Source: Tubiluchus corallicola (taxonomy: Eukaryota; Animalia; Priapulida). From it: 64,000 nt of DNA. The DNA lies in contig JAQGDQ010000027.1 of assembly GCA_030141605.1 (NCBI GenBank), positions 124,001 to 188,000 of the forward strand. The letters run 5' to 3'. The first letter of the stretch is position 1; every line of letters starts with the position of its first letter. Made by a program: the position numbers and the translations under genes. Below are positions 39,726-51,539 of this stretch, in pieces. The notes under the pieces were generated by a model. The model worked only from the letters and a program-made list of their open reading frames with translations, searched no databases and was not told where the DNA came from.

Positions 39726-40370
39726 CACCCAGTGTAAGTGATGGTTAGAGGATAAGAATGGTCGACTGATGCGTTCTACCTAGTGGGCGACAAATAATCT
39801 GACTTGCTATTCATACCTCGCTTTTTAGAATTACACGTAAAACGTTTCTAACTTTAGTGAAGGTCAGTTTAGCCATGTAACGTGTTTATTGACAGCTGCT
39901 TAAAAGAACTTTAAATCACGGACTTTCTTCCGTTTGACCGAAACTGTTCCTCGCGCTAAACTGCTTGATGCATAAAGAAGCCATTGAGAATTGATTGGTC
40001 TAGGCTTCTCAGCTTTCTTGAATAACCTGATTGTGTGGGCTGTAAATTTAGTGCCCCGTCGATTGCCTTTCAGTTAAGTAACAAATAAATAACCCATGGT
40101 GGTACATGCATTCGGAAACACTATATTACATAACGTGTATCTTTTTGAAGCTTTCACAAAACCGTAGAAACTCTTTCATCAGATAACCTTTACAACTAAA
40201 AAGGACGTTGATTAAAGTAGTGAGTTAGTAGAAGTGCTGTGGGCGAGATTGTGCTGTAAAGGAATTTACTCATTCATGTGACGCGAAATTTCTGAGGATG
40301 GTCTACCCCCCCCCCCCGTCTCTCGTACGTATACATTTAAATATTGCCCTCACTTATATTCTTCCACCTT

Positions 40371-40677
40371 CTTGCTGCATAACAATGGTTTTTCTTTTCT
40401 AAATAACAGTACTTATCTTTTTGATACATAACATTGATGATCCTGGCTACATAACAATGCTTTTCCTTGCTACATAACATTGCTTTTCTTTGCTATATAA
40501 CACTGCCTTTCCTTGCTACGTAACAGTACTTTTACTTTCTACATAACAATGCTTTTCCTTGCTACATAACAATACTTTTCCATGCTAGATAACAGTGTTT
40601 TTCCTTCCCGCGCAACAGTGCTTTTCTTTGTTACATAACAGTGCTTTTCCTTGGTACATAATACTGCTTTTCTTTGC
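40371..40677. repeat. 23-bp minisatellite, about 13 copies, consensus TACATAACAATGCTTTTCCTTGC
   Basis: Head-to-tail units are readable, with no unique spacers. Confidence 0.92.
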
Positions 40678-41807
40678 CCTCATCGCTGTGTTGCATGCTT
40701 CCTTCTTACTCGTAATTTCTCTCTCTTTCTCTCTCTCTCTCCCTTTTTCTTCCTTTCTTACTCTTTCTCGGACTCCTCCGTAGGGTTTGTTCTCAATTGC
40801 TCTATCACGCTGTGCATCTGTTCTTGCTGCCTTCTCCTGAATTTTGTCGTTTTCTTCGTCTGTTGTCTCTTGTGATTCGTGAGAAAAACTACATTTATCG
40901 GGAACTCCGTTCTCCATTTCGTTTATCGTTCCGCAGCGCAGCGAACCAAGCAAAAAACTCATTTTCGTTTTCAGCCTTGCAGATATAACCTGTTGTGAGT
41001 CGCACAAACTGATTTTACAAAACGCAATTTCAGCCCAATTCAGGCAGGCTGTTTCGCATCGATTATGCCATAAAAAGTCAAATTATATCATATTCCATCA
41101 CAGTCGAGCACCATTAGATAGGAATTGGTCAGTAAAGCACAATTTAGTTGGCTCCCAAGAGCTTGCAAATAGACTTTCGTATCAAGTATGGAAATTGGAA
41201 GGGATTATCAATTGAAAATCTGCTGGAATAAACTGCGATAAAGATCTGTCGTTTAGAGATTTGGGGTTAAATGTTGTGTTAAGTGTTTATGCTGTGTTAC
41301 TCACAGTTTTCCATCCACGTGGCTTCTATTTTTACTGTATTCGAGTGATTCGTTTCATTGTTCTTTATACATTGTTATTTATGAAGTGGGCTTTATTTTA
41401 TGCGTTAACTCCAGTCTTATTTATGAGACAATTTCATTAATTTCGTCGCCAATTACGTGTCCAAACGGTAAAATTTAATTACGCAGCAAATAAAGAGTTT
41501 TACAATGACTCTACTTGTGGTCGACTCTACTGCTTAATTATTTTTCCAACAAGTGTGCCCTCATCTACGGTTATTGGTTATTTGTCATGCCAACAAGCAA
41601 TTATACCAAATGTTGTTAGGTCGTAATTGGTAATTTTTTGCTTGTTAGCTCGTTATTTGTTCACGTTGTTGACATGGTATTATCAGTGTATTGCTGTATT
41701 CAGTAACTCAACTAAAGAATTAATCGAGATAAGAGGACTCTCGTCGATTACAAAAAGAGGGGGCATTGAGTAAAGCCAAAGGGAGTTGGGAAAATGGGCG
41801 AACAAAG

Positions 41808-41880
41808 GAGAGAGGAAGAGGAGAAAGGGAGAGAAAAAGAGAAAGAGGAAGAGAGATAGGAAAACAGAGAGGGAGAGGGC
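41808..41880. repeat. GA-rich low-complexity tract
   Basis: Directly visible. Confidence 0.85.
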
Positions 41881-41988
41881 GAAATAAAGAATAAGAAACT
41901 TTGGTGTTATTCTTGGGAACACACTCGGCACACTGCAAGCCGGAATTCAGTGTGCTTGTGGCGAGACTGGATCCTGGCTTATTACCAA

Positions 41989-42195
41989 GGATGTCCTGTT
42001 CAGACTAGCGAGCTTTCTCGCTGATAGCAAACTCGCAAGTGTGAACGGCTTTGCGAGTTACTGTCGACAAATTTTTGCAAACTCTCTGACAGTTGTTGCG
42101 AGTTGATGAACTCTAGTCTAAACCCGTTTGCGAGTTACTTATCGAGCTACTTTGAGTTTACTTGGCGAGAAAACTAGCTAGACTGAACACGCGCC
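41989..42195. mobile_element. PIF/Harbinger-like MITE
   Basis: Left ggatgtcctgttcagactagcgagctttctcgc matches the reverse complement of the right end, ggcgcgtgttcagtctagctagttttctcgc. Internal ttgcgagtt / aactcgcaa repeats. Confidence 0.75.
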
Positions 42196-45100
42196 ATAAG
42201 ATGAGCCACTAACCCAACCGAGATGTCTCAGTCATGCTCAGATGTATGTTCATCCTTCTTTAGTACTACGAATGAAAAATAAAATCTTGACTGTCGACTT
42301 AATTAAACTAGCATGTATTTACAAAATTTACTTTTCATTGCTGACACTCAGAATTCTACTGATTTAATGATATGCACTGTTAATGTGTGACCACCAAAAT
42401 CTAGAACGAAATGTCAGCTGGCTTAATCCAAAACACGCGTGCAAACAAGGAATAAATTACAGGGCAGATGAGATCATTCAGCATTGACCCGGCCAGGGCT
42501 ATGATTAGAGGCCTGTAATGTGCCAAATTACAGCTTGCAGAGCGGCTGAATACAAAGATCCAGACAATCAACTGTAAAAATACATTCAAGTGATGTGTCA
42601 TCACTGCAGCTTCCGCAGTGATAATCATTTTAGAGATATTAATATTTGTCCAGCTTATAGATATAATTGTGGCAGACAAATGTGCAGACTCTGTTACGAA
42701 TTGTGCAAATACCGGAGCATTGATAAAGGCGCTGCTAACGTTTTTCTTGTAATTTTACAAGTCGAAGTCAGTATCGGACATTTTCACTTTTAAATCGCTC
42801 GTATTTAAAGTAACAGTTTTTATTCAATTCGATAAAGTTTATTTCCCATATACAAAAGAAAACAAATCCTGTAGAAAACTTGCAAAAGAGGCCTACTACT
42901 GTAATAGCCGGCCAGCTCTTGTAAATTATACTCCAATATTTGTGCATTGTTTCTGTTTCAAATTTTCGTCTTCTTGTTTGTTACGATTCACGATTATTGC
43001 ATATACTTCAGTTTCAGCTCCTGCAGGTAAACTGGTAAAAATACATACAAATACACTTCATACCCTCACAGCTTGCAAACTATTATGCAACTGAACAGTG
43101 CCTGCAAATCACCGATACAATATTGTATCCCAGTCCTTGTTCTTGTTTCGGAATTTATATGCTACATTGAGAGACAGAAATTACCATATGTTCTCGACGT
43201 GAGCTCATTAGTTTCACATGGGCAGCTGCTGATCTCGCGAGGACTGCCCTTGCGGGTCTGACCAATATATACATTAGGGTCAGTTGATGTTTGATCTACC
43301 TGGTCAGAACTGCTGGAGTGTTTACTATATGCACTCAGGCAGATGGTCAAACTTGCTATAATCCTTACCCGGCGTGCATACTCTAGGGTAGTAGCAGCTA
43401 AGGTTTTATTACATTAATACCACGTTAATTTACTGAACTACCATTAAATTAAGGTTGCTTACATCTAATTACATTAAAAAGTGAACTATTTAATTCGTCC
43501 GTTCTATCATACACTTTACTAAAATGTGCATCAGTACTCTTAAGTGCATATTTACTTTATTAGTTCCTTTATTATAATGCTGGAATCCCCCCGAGATCTT
43601 GCCTGACGCTTCTCAATGGTTTCCTTCGGGAAAAATTTGATTTATAACTAGATGACAAATAGAACAAAATTTGTTCATTTTACTTACACTGATTACGTCA
43701 TTATTACCTAAACTAATTTCTTATTAAGTTGGCGCGCTAGATTCAACAATTCTAATAAATAAGCACTTAGATATAGTTTATTAAAGTTTTTAGTTTATTA
43801 AAGTGCGTGTATATATTTTATATTCTTCAAACTCTTTACCATTTTAGAATAGGTCTCCAAAGCTACTGGAAAGAGTGGCGAATGACGAAAAAAGTCGCTT
43901 TGAAAATGTCCTTGAAGAGAAATTGTGAGGCAGTTGATATTATGTATGTGAGTGAATGTATGATCCTGTCTTTGTACAGGGTGTTCAAAAAATCGTGACG
44001 CGGACGCTACCTGTTTACTTCTGTCACTGAACGTGACATCCACAAGTTCTCAATTCCTATCCACACAGGAAATTATCTCTGTCGCTATTTGCCCATGTGA
44101 TCAAGCCCTAATTTGCGCTGTATGGCTTGTGTATCCACACGGCTTTCCTGGTAATGGAGATGCAGTCAAAAATATTCATCTCTGCTGCGTCTACGGCGAA
44201 TCGTTTGTGTTGAAATATTTACGAAACTTAAGCTGCTTACGGGCATTGTATTCAATATTCAGGGAATTATAGAATGCTTGCATGGTATTATTTAGAACAT
44301 GATGGTATTAGCTCACAAGTGCTTTCCTCCTCAAAATATTCAACTGCAACCTTGAAGTAATCATTCATTGAAAACACAAAGCATGAGAGCTCGAATGTAG
44401 CATTTTTCGACATTCTTCTAGGTGCATTAGAAAAAAATTCGTGTAACTCTGTGTTTTATTTACCTTATCAGAGTACGCGTCAAGTCAAACTATTACTGCT
44501 ATAACCAAGAAGTTCTTCGAATTTCTTGATAAGTACGCAGGGCTGAGTAATACCTCGTATCTAAATGTGTAATGGTGTTAATCACATTAATGATAAGGGC
44601 AAGGGTGCAATGCTCTGCACTGTAGTTTGCAGAATAGTGTGAAAAATGCACCCATGCGCCAGCCTATTGTATTTTCTAATGTGTAAAATGTTTTGTCTGC
44701 CCTCTCATTATTTGTTTGTTGTAAATTGAAGGGTCGTTGCCTCCTTTGTCTGTGAACGGCTGATTTAGCATCAACCACATGCTAGGCAGAAAGACAAAGA
44801 GTTAAAGCTGGGGCTATAGCATTGAAATGCGGATCACTGTTTTTTAATTTAAATACATAAATTTTTCAAGACTTTATCATCGAAAGACGTTTTTGGGAAT
44901 GATCTCGCTTAAAACTGTAGCCAGGAAAAGAATTGATTTTCTCCTTAAGGCATTTCTACAAATAGAAGACTTCTTCACTCGCGTTCACTGTTTCCACGGC
45001 TTCACTCATTAACAGAAATTCTGAAGGAATAAACGTGACTATTGAAAGGTCAGCGCGAGTTACTTATTGTGCGAAGTGAAAGAATTTCCACGTTATCGTC

Positions 45101-46032
45101 AATAAAACGTACAAAGTTTAAAAGAGAAAAACCTGCGCCCTTTTTAAACCTCCTTACACGGTATCAGCAAAACTCATTACATAAGGTGTTACACGCTACA
45201 ATATCCCTTTTCTGCCCTCCAACCTCCACGACAAGTTAACATAGCCAATCTCGTTGTATGCAAGCGCGAACTCGTCTGTAATTGCCCCTAAACTATTTAA
45301 AAACTAATTATTATCCAGGCAGACAAGGCAGTAGAAACCCAACTAAATCCCAATTGGATTGTTAATGGGATTTAAGATTGACAGAAAGCTCTTCACTGCG
45401 CTTGAGAATCTCGTTTGTACGTAAGTGGACTGATGGGAAGGAAATTTGTTTTCCAGAAGCCAAACAAACGTAGAGCAAAATGTTGAAGTAAAACACGTCG
45501 TCTAGTTGTCTGTTGTTCTTATTAAAACGTATGATTATACAACTAATAGTAATCACTGTGTAGCAAATGGAGCAGAGAAGTTTATGAAATATTGAAGCTT
45601 CTGCGATGGATTGTGAACATAATTTAACTTAAAGTATCACTCAACTGAAATCTGGTTTTCTCTTACACGTAAAACACTGTTTGAGCAGTTGCGGAGAAAA
45701 ATAACTTATTTGTTTTGTAAAGTATAATGGAGTTAAATAATCCAGTGAACCACGAGTATTTTGTTTTGTTCAAGGCATACAACGGCGCTTGGTCAGTTGT
45801 GTTAAAAATAAAATGATTTGTTTGACTTGTAAAGTTTGATGGAATTGCTTTGTGGGTGAGAATGAGCAAACAGCGGTGAAATCACCCAACTACCTGGCAA
45901 CCCACCAATTGTCAAAGGCTTGTGCGAAAACTGTGACAAGTTAAAGTCAATATTGCACAATGGTGGGTATGGATTATACCCAGGTAGGTAGGCAAACAGT
46001 TGTACAAGTAACACCACAATGTTTTGCTTGCA

Positions 46033-46110
46033 CACCTGTGCTGGAAGCAGCAGAAGTCTGGTGACGTCATGCAGTGCCAGCCAATGAGATACCGTCGCAA
46101 CCTGAGGTCA
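46033..46110. promoter_or_regulatory. Candidate cis-regulatory cluster: E-box CACCTG, CRE TGACGTCA, NF-Y AGCCAATGA, TGAGGTCA
   Basis: CACCTG at 46033, TGACGTCA at 46062-46069, CCAAT at 46081-46085 and TGAGGTCA at 46103-46110, all within 80 bp. Confidence 0.3.
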
Positions 46111-47650
46111 GTCTACTATCCACATTTAACTCCTAAAAGGATTATGGTCTTTTGGATTGTGGACTGTGAAGACCAAGCTATGATTTCATGGGCAGGACTG
46201 AGTGAATTAACTTTTACTTGAGGAGACACGTGGTCATCATCTTTTTGATCTTACCTACCAGTTGACGACCACAAAATCAGATCCTTCCTTAAGAGACGCA
46301 TTTGCAGCTATGTGTCATACCAATGCGACAGACTACTGGGACTTGCAATAAACGGATTAGGTGTAGGGATTTGGCACTGACATCAGCAGATTGCACGATA
46401 AAGTCACGTTAGCCAGTCGAGGTATGTAAGTATGTTTACATTTTGCTCCAGTAAAATCAACCGGGTAATATATATTAACGACAGTAAGCCAGGCAACTTG
46501 GTGTGTGTGTGCGTGTGACTCACAAAATGTCTCTGATGAAGACACGCGTGCCTTGATAAGAACTCGCTTTAATCCGGGCTCATTTGGGCCGAAAACGATG
46601 AAAATACGAAATTGCAGCCCAGTTAATGAAACAAGGTCACGCCAGATTGAAAACCTCGCACTGATAACGGCCGACATGCTGGATAAAAGGAATTAATATT
46701 TGGCGTTAGGCAATTTATTAGAATTTCAGTCATTTGTGACAGTAACTGCGGAAAGTAGTGCAATGTTTTAAAAGTCGTTAAGGCTGCGACGTACTGAAAT
46801 TTCTTTTGAATTAAATTGAAATGTGAATTGAACGTAAATAATTGTTTTATAGTGAATTTACACCAACCACCTGTAACAGTAGTTAACTCGTTTCTCGAAC
46901 TTTGCATTCCGTGTACTTTAATATCTTTATTTTCATACAGTTTTATTTTAATTATTAGGTGTAGCGATTTTGTATTTATGTCGCATGAATTTCCAAGTCA
47001 TGAGATTATTCGGTCATAACAAAGATCAAGATCTTCTGGAATGATACTAAATGCTGCTGTAGTGCCTATGCTTGAAATAAGAAAACTCACAAAAATTGGC
47101 AACTGTCTATGTGTGTCTGCTAATTTATTTTATTCATTTTAAATTTATTGATTTATTGATTTCATTTAACAAGAATTGTTTAAATTTTACCGCGATACAA
47201 AAATACAGCAACGTATAAATACGCTAAATATTATTACTATACATTTGAAACAAACGCGACTGCGCCACCACTACATAAAAAATTAATAGCATCTAGGCTT
47301 TTGTGCAAACAATAGATTATACACACACCTCGTGACCTCAACCCTTGCTAGGTGATTCGATTTGCACTTAGGATTTCTAGGCCCAGTGAGCACCACACGT
47401 GCCCAAATCTCACTCATCAGCAATCCATAGTTGCATGAGGCTCTCCATGCTTTTAAGTTCCACCAAATATTGAGAGCCCGTATCGACCCTATTCAACTAG
47501 AGGAACACTGTCTTGTTCATTGTTACTAACACTCAAAATACCGGTTGTACCAAACAGCCAATAATCGTAAGCAATATGAATGAGATGGCTTGACCCACTA
47601 ATAACACATTTAGCTGCTTGTAAACGATTGGCTTCGTTTGTCTTTGTCAG

Positions 47651-47829
47651 GCTTTGGCTTGCTGTTCGTGTATTTGAAAATCGCCAAGCCGCGTATTTTG
47701 TGTCAAGTGCCTGAAGTGGCGTCGTGGTTTTGTCTACGAGGGAATGGGCATGATTATGCCTGAGAAATGCTGGCGTTACGCAATGTACTACAATATTGCA
47801 CAACACTATGTCTGCAGTCGGACAAAGTG
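47651..47829 (+). other. Candidate non-coding exon
   Basis: Acceptor tttgtctttgtcag ends at 47650 and donor GTG|GTATGT starts at 47830. All three frames are closed. Confidence 0.25.
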
Positions 47830-47831
47830 GT

Positions 47832-48020
47832 ATGTGGTTGGTTTACTTGTCTGCTGGCTGGCTAGTTGGTTGTAGTAGCTTAGTTGGTATATTGGCCGGC
47901 CGGTCAGTTAGTTGGTAGATTGGGTGGGTGGATTGGTAGATGAACGGGTGTGTGGGCGTTTGGGTTACTTGGCTAGTTGGTCAATCGGTGATTAGTTGAT
48001 TGGCAGGTTAGTTACTTGGC
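47832..48020. repeat. Degenerate (GGTT/GGCT)n tetranucleotide tract
   Basis: Directly visible; a similar tract lies at about 49370-49440. Confidence 0.75.
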
Positions 48021-49019
48021 TTCGCTTGTGTGACTGCAGTGGTTCGTTGCTTCATCTTTTAATTACTTTGTTGATGGCGTTTTCCAGATTTGGTCCAGCC
48101 CTGTTTAGTTGATTAAGAGTAAGCAAGTCAGTCAATCAGCAGGTAAGTAAGTACGTGAAGTAAGTAAGAAATACAAGACGGTTTGCTGTGGCAACTAGCT
48201 AGCCAACTTACTAGTAAGCAAGCTGATTTTTAACTTGCTTGGGGGCGCATTTACTCTTTCAAACACACTAGGTTGAATGAAAAGTCGATACATAAGTACA
48301 TCTTGTAACAGGACGAACTATTAATACACACGAGTTCAATTAGCGCTGAACTGTTTTCCTCAAATGAAACTACTACTGGACGGCGCGGCGCAAGTAGTCC
48401 TTTGATCACAGCAGAAGCCCAAGCACTTGAAGTGTGATTAGCAAATGAAGCCATTGTGTGTAATACAATCACGAAGCATCAGCATATTAAATTGTATGTT
48501 GATGAAGTTATGTAGGATGATCTCTTGATTTGCTTTTAGAAAAGTGTCTTGACAAAAATCCGATAACAGTTCCTTAATGGCAGAAGTGTAGACATCGATT
48601 TCAATGCGGCGCCTACAACAACGTTTTTTGAAGAGAATTTTACATGGATTATATAATAAAATTATATGATATAAGTAAATATTGCACTTTCAGGTTTTTC
48701 AGGTTTTACTGCCACTTATAAATATATATGAAAGAATTAATCACTAAAAATCGATATCGATAATTTTTTACGTAGCTTTCCGGTGTGTATAAGCGAGTGA
48801 ATGTGTACGTGAATGAACGAAAAAACGAAGATGAAGAGCAAGGATGATGACTGTAAGGGGAACAGGAAAGATATTACACATTTCCTCAATGATATTGTTC
48901 AACGATATCACATGTATAAAAAATCTCAGATGCAAATGTCAGCATACTTCCTGTATTCTTCAGAACATTTGAGTTAAGTAGATGATCATCATGTACTTCA
49001 ACTGTTCTTGTGCTTAACA

Positions 49020-49092
49020 CTTTCATTTAGCTCTTTCATTTATACTGCTCAACTCTTTCATTTATACTGCTTAACTCTTTCATTTGCACTGC
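49020..49092. repeat. 22-bp tandem repeat, about 3 copies (ctctttcatttatactgctYaa)
   Basis: Directly visible. Confidence 0.8.
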
Positions 49093-51386
49093 TTCTATTT
49101 ATTTATACATGCTTGAATCGGGCCTGCGTTACATCAACTTCGGCAGCTGCTAAAGCTTAAAAAATTCCTCGCTTTAGATATTTGCTTCAGTTTGCTTGTT
49201 TTGCTTCACATCTTTCACAAGACAAAGAGCTACAGCTGCCCAATTTATTTATCTGAGAAACAGGATGATGGATGAAAAACTTGAGCAGTAAAATCTTTCC
49301 GTATAATCTGTTGAAATCAAATGCCTTGATATGAAGTAATAAGTGTGGCCGTTATAATTTGCTGATAGGCTTGTTTGCTGGATGGCTGGCTGGCTAGTTG
49401 TGTAGTTAGCTGGTCGGTCAGTTGGTTGGGTAATTGGTTAACGTAGTTTGTGAATTAATGGGCGGTACTGTTGAATAATGGCTACTGATTAGTGAACTTT
49501 ATCGAAGTCCACAAGTGTGTAATCATGTTAATGTGTTCATGCAATAATTAACTAATTGGCATTACTTTTTAGACAAATTTCAATTAGTTTACGCATACTG
49601 TTAAGTACTAAGACCTTTTGGTGGGTTTTTAGGTGTGGCTTAACATTAGGTTAAACGATTATGCTCTTTTTTCCTCTCATTAACTTGTGCAACTTTAATG
49701 ATTTGAAACGAGCTCGTCTCGTGACAAAAAATCATGACAGGTGGCAGGCAGGTTTTTCAGTAGATGAGTTTGGTATGGTTATAGCTGGTTGGTTGGTTGG
49801 TGAATCGGTCTTTTAGATTGTTAGTATTGGATGGTGGTTAAGTAGCAGACACATAAATATAGAATTTATAGCTGATAAATTTTACCTGTTAAAAAAATCA
49901 CGTGCTTATGTAGTTCTCTCTCCTCGTCTACCTCCAGTAGTCCTATTTGCATCCCTCGCCTTGTTGATCCCAGAAAACTTACTTATCTTAACCCAATATC
50001 TCTAATGGGTAATCAGGCTTTCAACTCAATTTCAGCTGCATTATTTGAGTCTGAAGAAATTCTGTCTGGCTGCCCATGTCAGCTGAGTACTTGATGTGAT
50101 TTGTGTGTGTTCAAGGCAGAGAGTGGATGAAAGAGGGCTTGAACTGGGGATCGCGGCTTGTCTGTCACCTGTTTGTGATAAGCGATATCCATGCGTTATG
50201 AGAAGAAAAACTGAGGACAAGCTGATCACTTGGAAGACGTATAGCCATGTTCGTTCAGCCATATCTTTGACACGTGAACTGTAAAGGCAGTAACCTTTAT
50301 GGTGACCGTAAAGTTGCAAAATCTACAAACTTAAACAATTATTCCATACTTATCCCAGATTCCACACTTAATTAAGTTAAGAAGAAGTTAAAAGGTCAGT
50401 CTGCACGACAGAAACTTTTCCGTTTTTTTTGTAATCAATGTCGGTTTGTTTTGATATTTCTGCATTATGTAAACATTTCTTTATTTTTTCAAACTTGCGT
50501 CTTTTATGAAACGATCTTTTGTGCAAATAATACTATTAAATACTGAATACCAGAACTATCGTTGTACGTCCACTTGATTTTAAGGGTGTTCCTTTAAAAC
50601 TAACTGTACGTCTGACGTAAACTTTTCCTATGTTTCTTCAAATTTAAGGCCACAACAGAACAAACAGATTCTATGAAACTAGATCTGACTGACAGATTTT
50701 CAGTAGATTTTCTTGTGTTAGTCTATGGTGCAACTACCGAGAGGGGATAATAGTTTCATTCATTTTCTCACAAGCTAAACGACTATCACTCCGTGTGTAC
50801 AGTTGTGTGTACGTGTCGTGTAATGTTTTCTAACTTTCAGTCACTACATTTGGAAGGAAAATGATTTATGATGGTAATCTTTAGTTTAATCCACGTTCAA
50901 GCTTACGCACGTATTAAAACACGTAAATGGACAATTCAGGTGTTGCTGATGCTGAACGATGACGCAAATCACACCGCCCGGTCTGTAATATCCAGTATTT
51001 AAAAAGCTTATGTTTCTTGTGCTGAGAAGTACAACGTATGAATCAAATGTACCTATGAAGACCGTATTGTGCATAAAGTCACTGGAAAGTATCTTCCATG
51101 TTTATACAAGGTTTTTGCATTCACCTAGATGTGTATCTCTAAAGTCAAACAAGTTTTCAACAGAAACCATCGAGCAAAAGATCTGTTTAGAACAGCAACA
51201 TTCCCCCGTGGCGCTACGCTTGTTATTTGTTTATCTAACAAATATAAGCCTATTTTTGGAGGGAAAGTTAGCAACTGACTCTTTCTCTGTGCATGTATTT
51301 GATGGTTAAGTGACTTAAATCCTCGAGTATTTCTCGTGTACCGGGTTGCTATAATTTCTAATACGCCCAGCGTGCAATTGATTCGT

Positions 51387-51539
51387 AAAATAATAGTTAA
51401 AAATAAACATCTTTATCCGGCCGGCGTAACTGAATAAGTACGTCTCAAGGACTGCTTAAGAAATCTCACTTGAGAATTAAGTCAGTGATGCCGATCAGAT
51501 TGTCACACGATAGTTTGTTTTGACTGCATAAAAGCTTTC
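51387..51539 (+). repeat. Repeat family C, left copy of an inverted pair
   Basis: ggcgtaactgaataagtacgtctcaaggactgcttaagaaatctcactt...ttttgactgcataaaagctttc matches the reverse complement of 54140-54297. Confidence 0.9.

Noticed and set aside
40371-40677. CRISPR-like array
   Set aside because: Units are head-to-tail without unique spacers, there are no cas genes, and the context is eukaryotic.
40585-41007. Longest ORF in the track (140 aa)
   Set aside because: Runs through CT-rich low complexity and the 23-bp minisatellite; no recognisable domain.
43162-43350. VYIGQT motif suggesting a GIY-YIG endonuclease
   Set aside because: Lacks the upstream GxY/CxxC and the downstream R-x-x-EH residues; probably chance.
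48140-48170. Consensus donor CAG|GTAAGT
   Set aside because: Embedded in an (AAGT)n low-complexity tract with no convincing exon.
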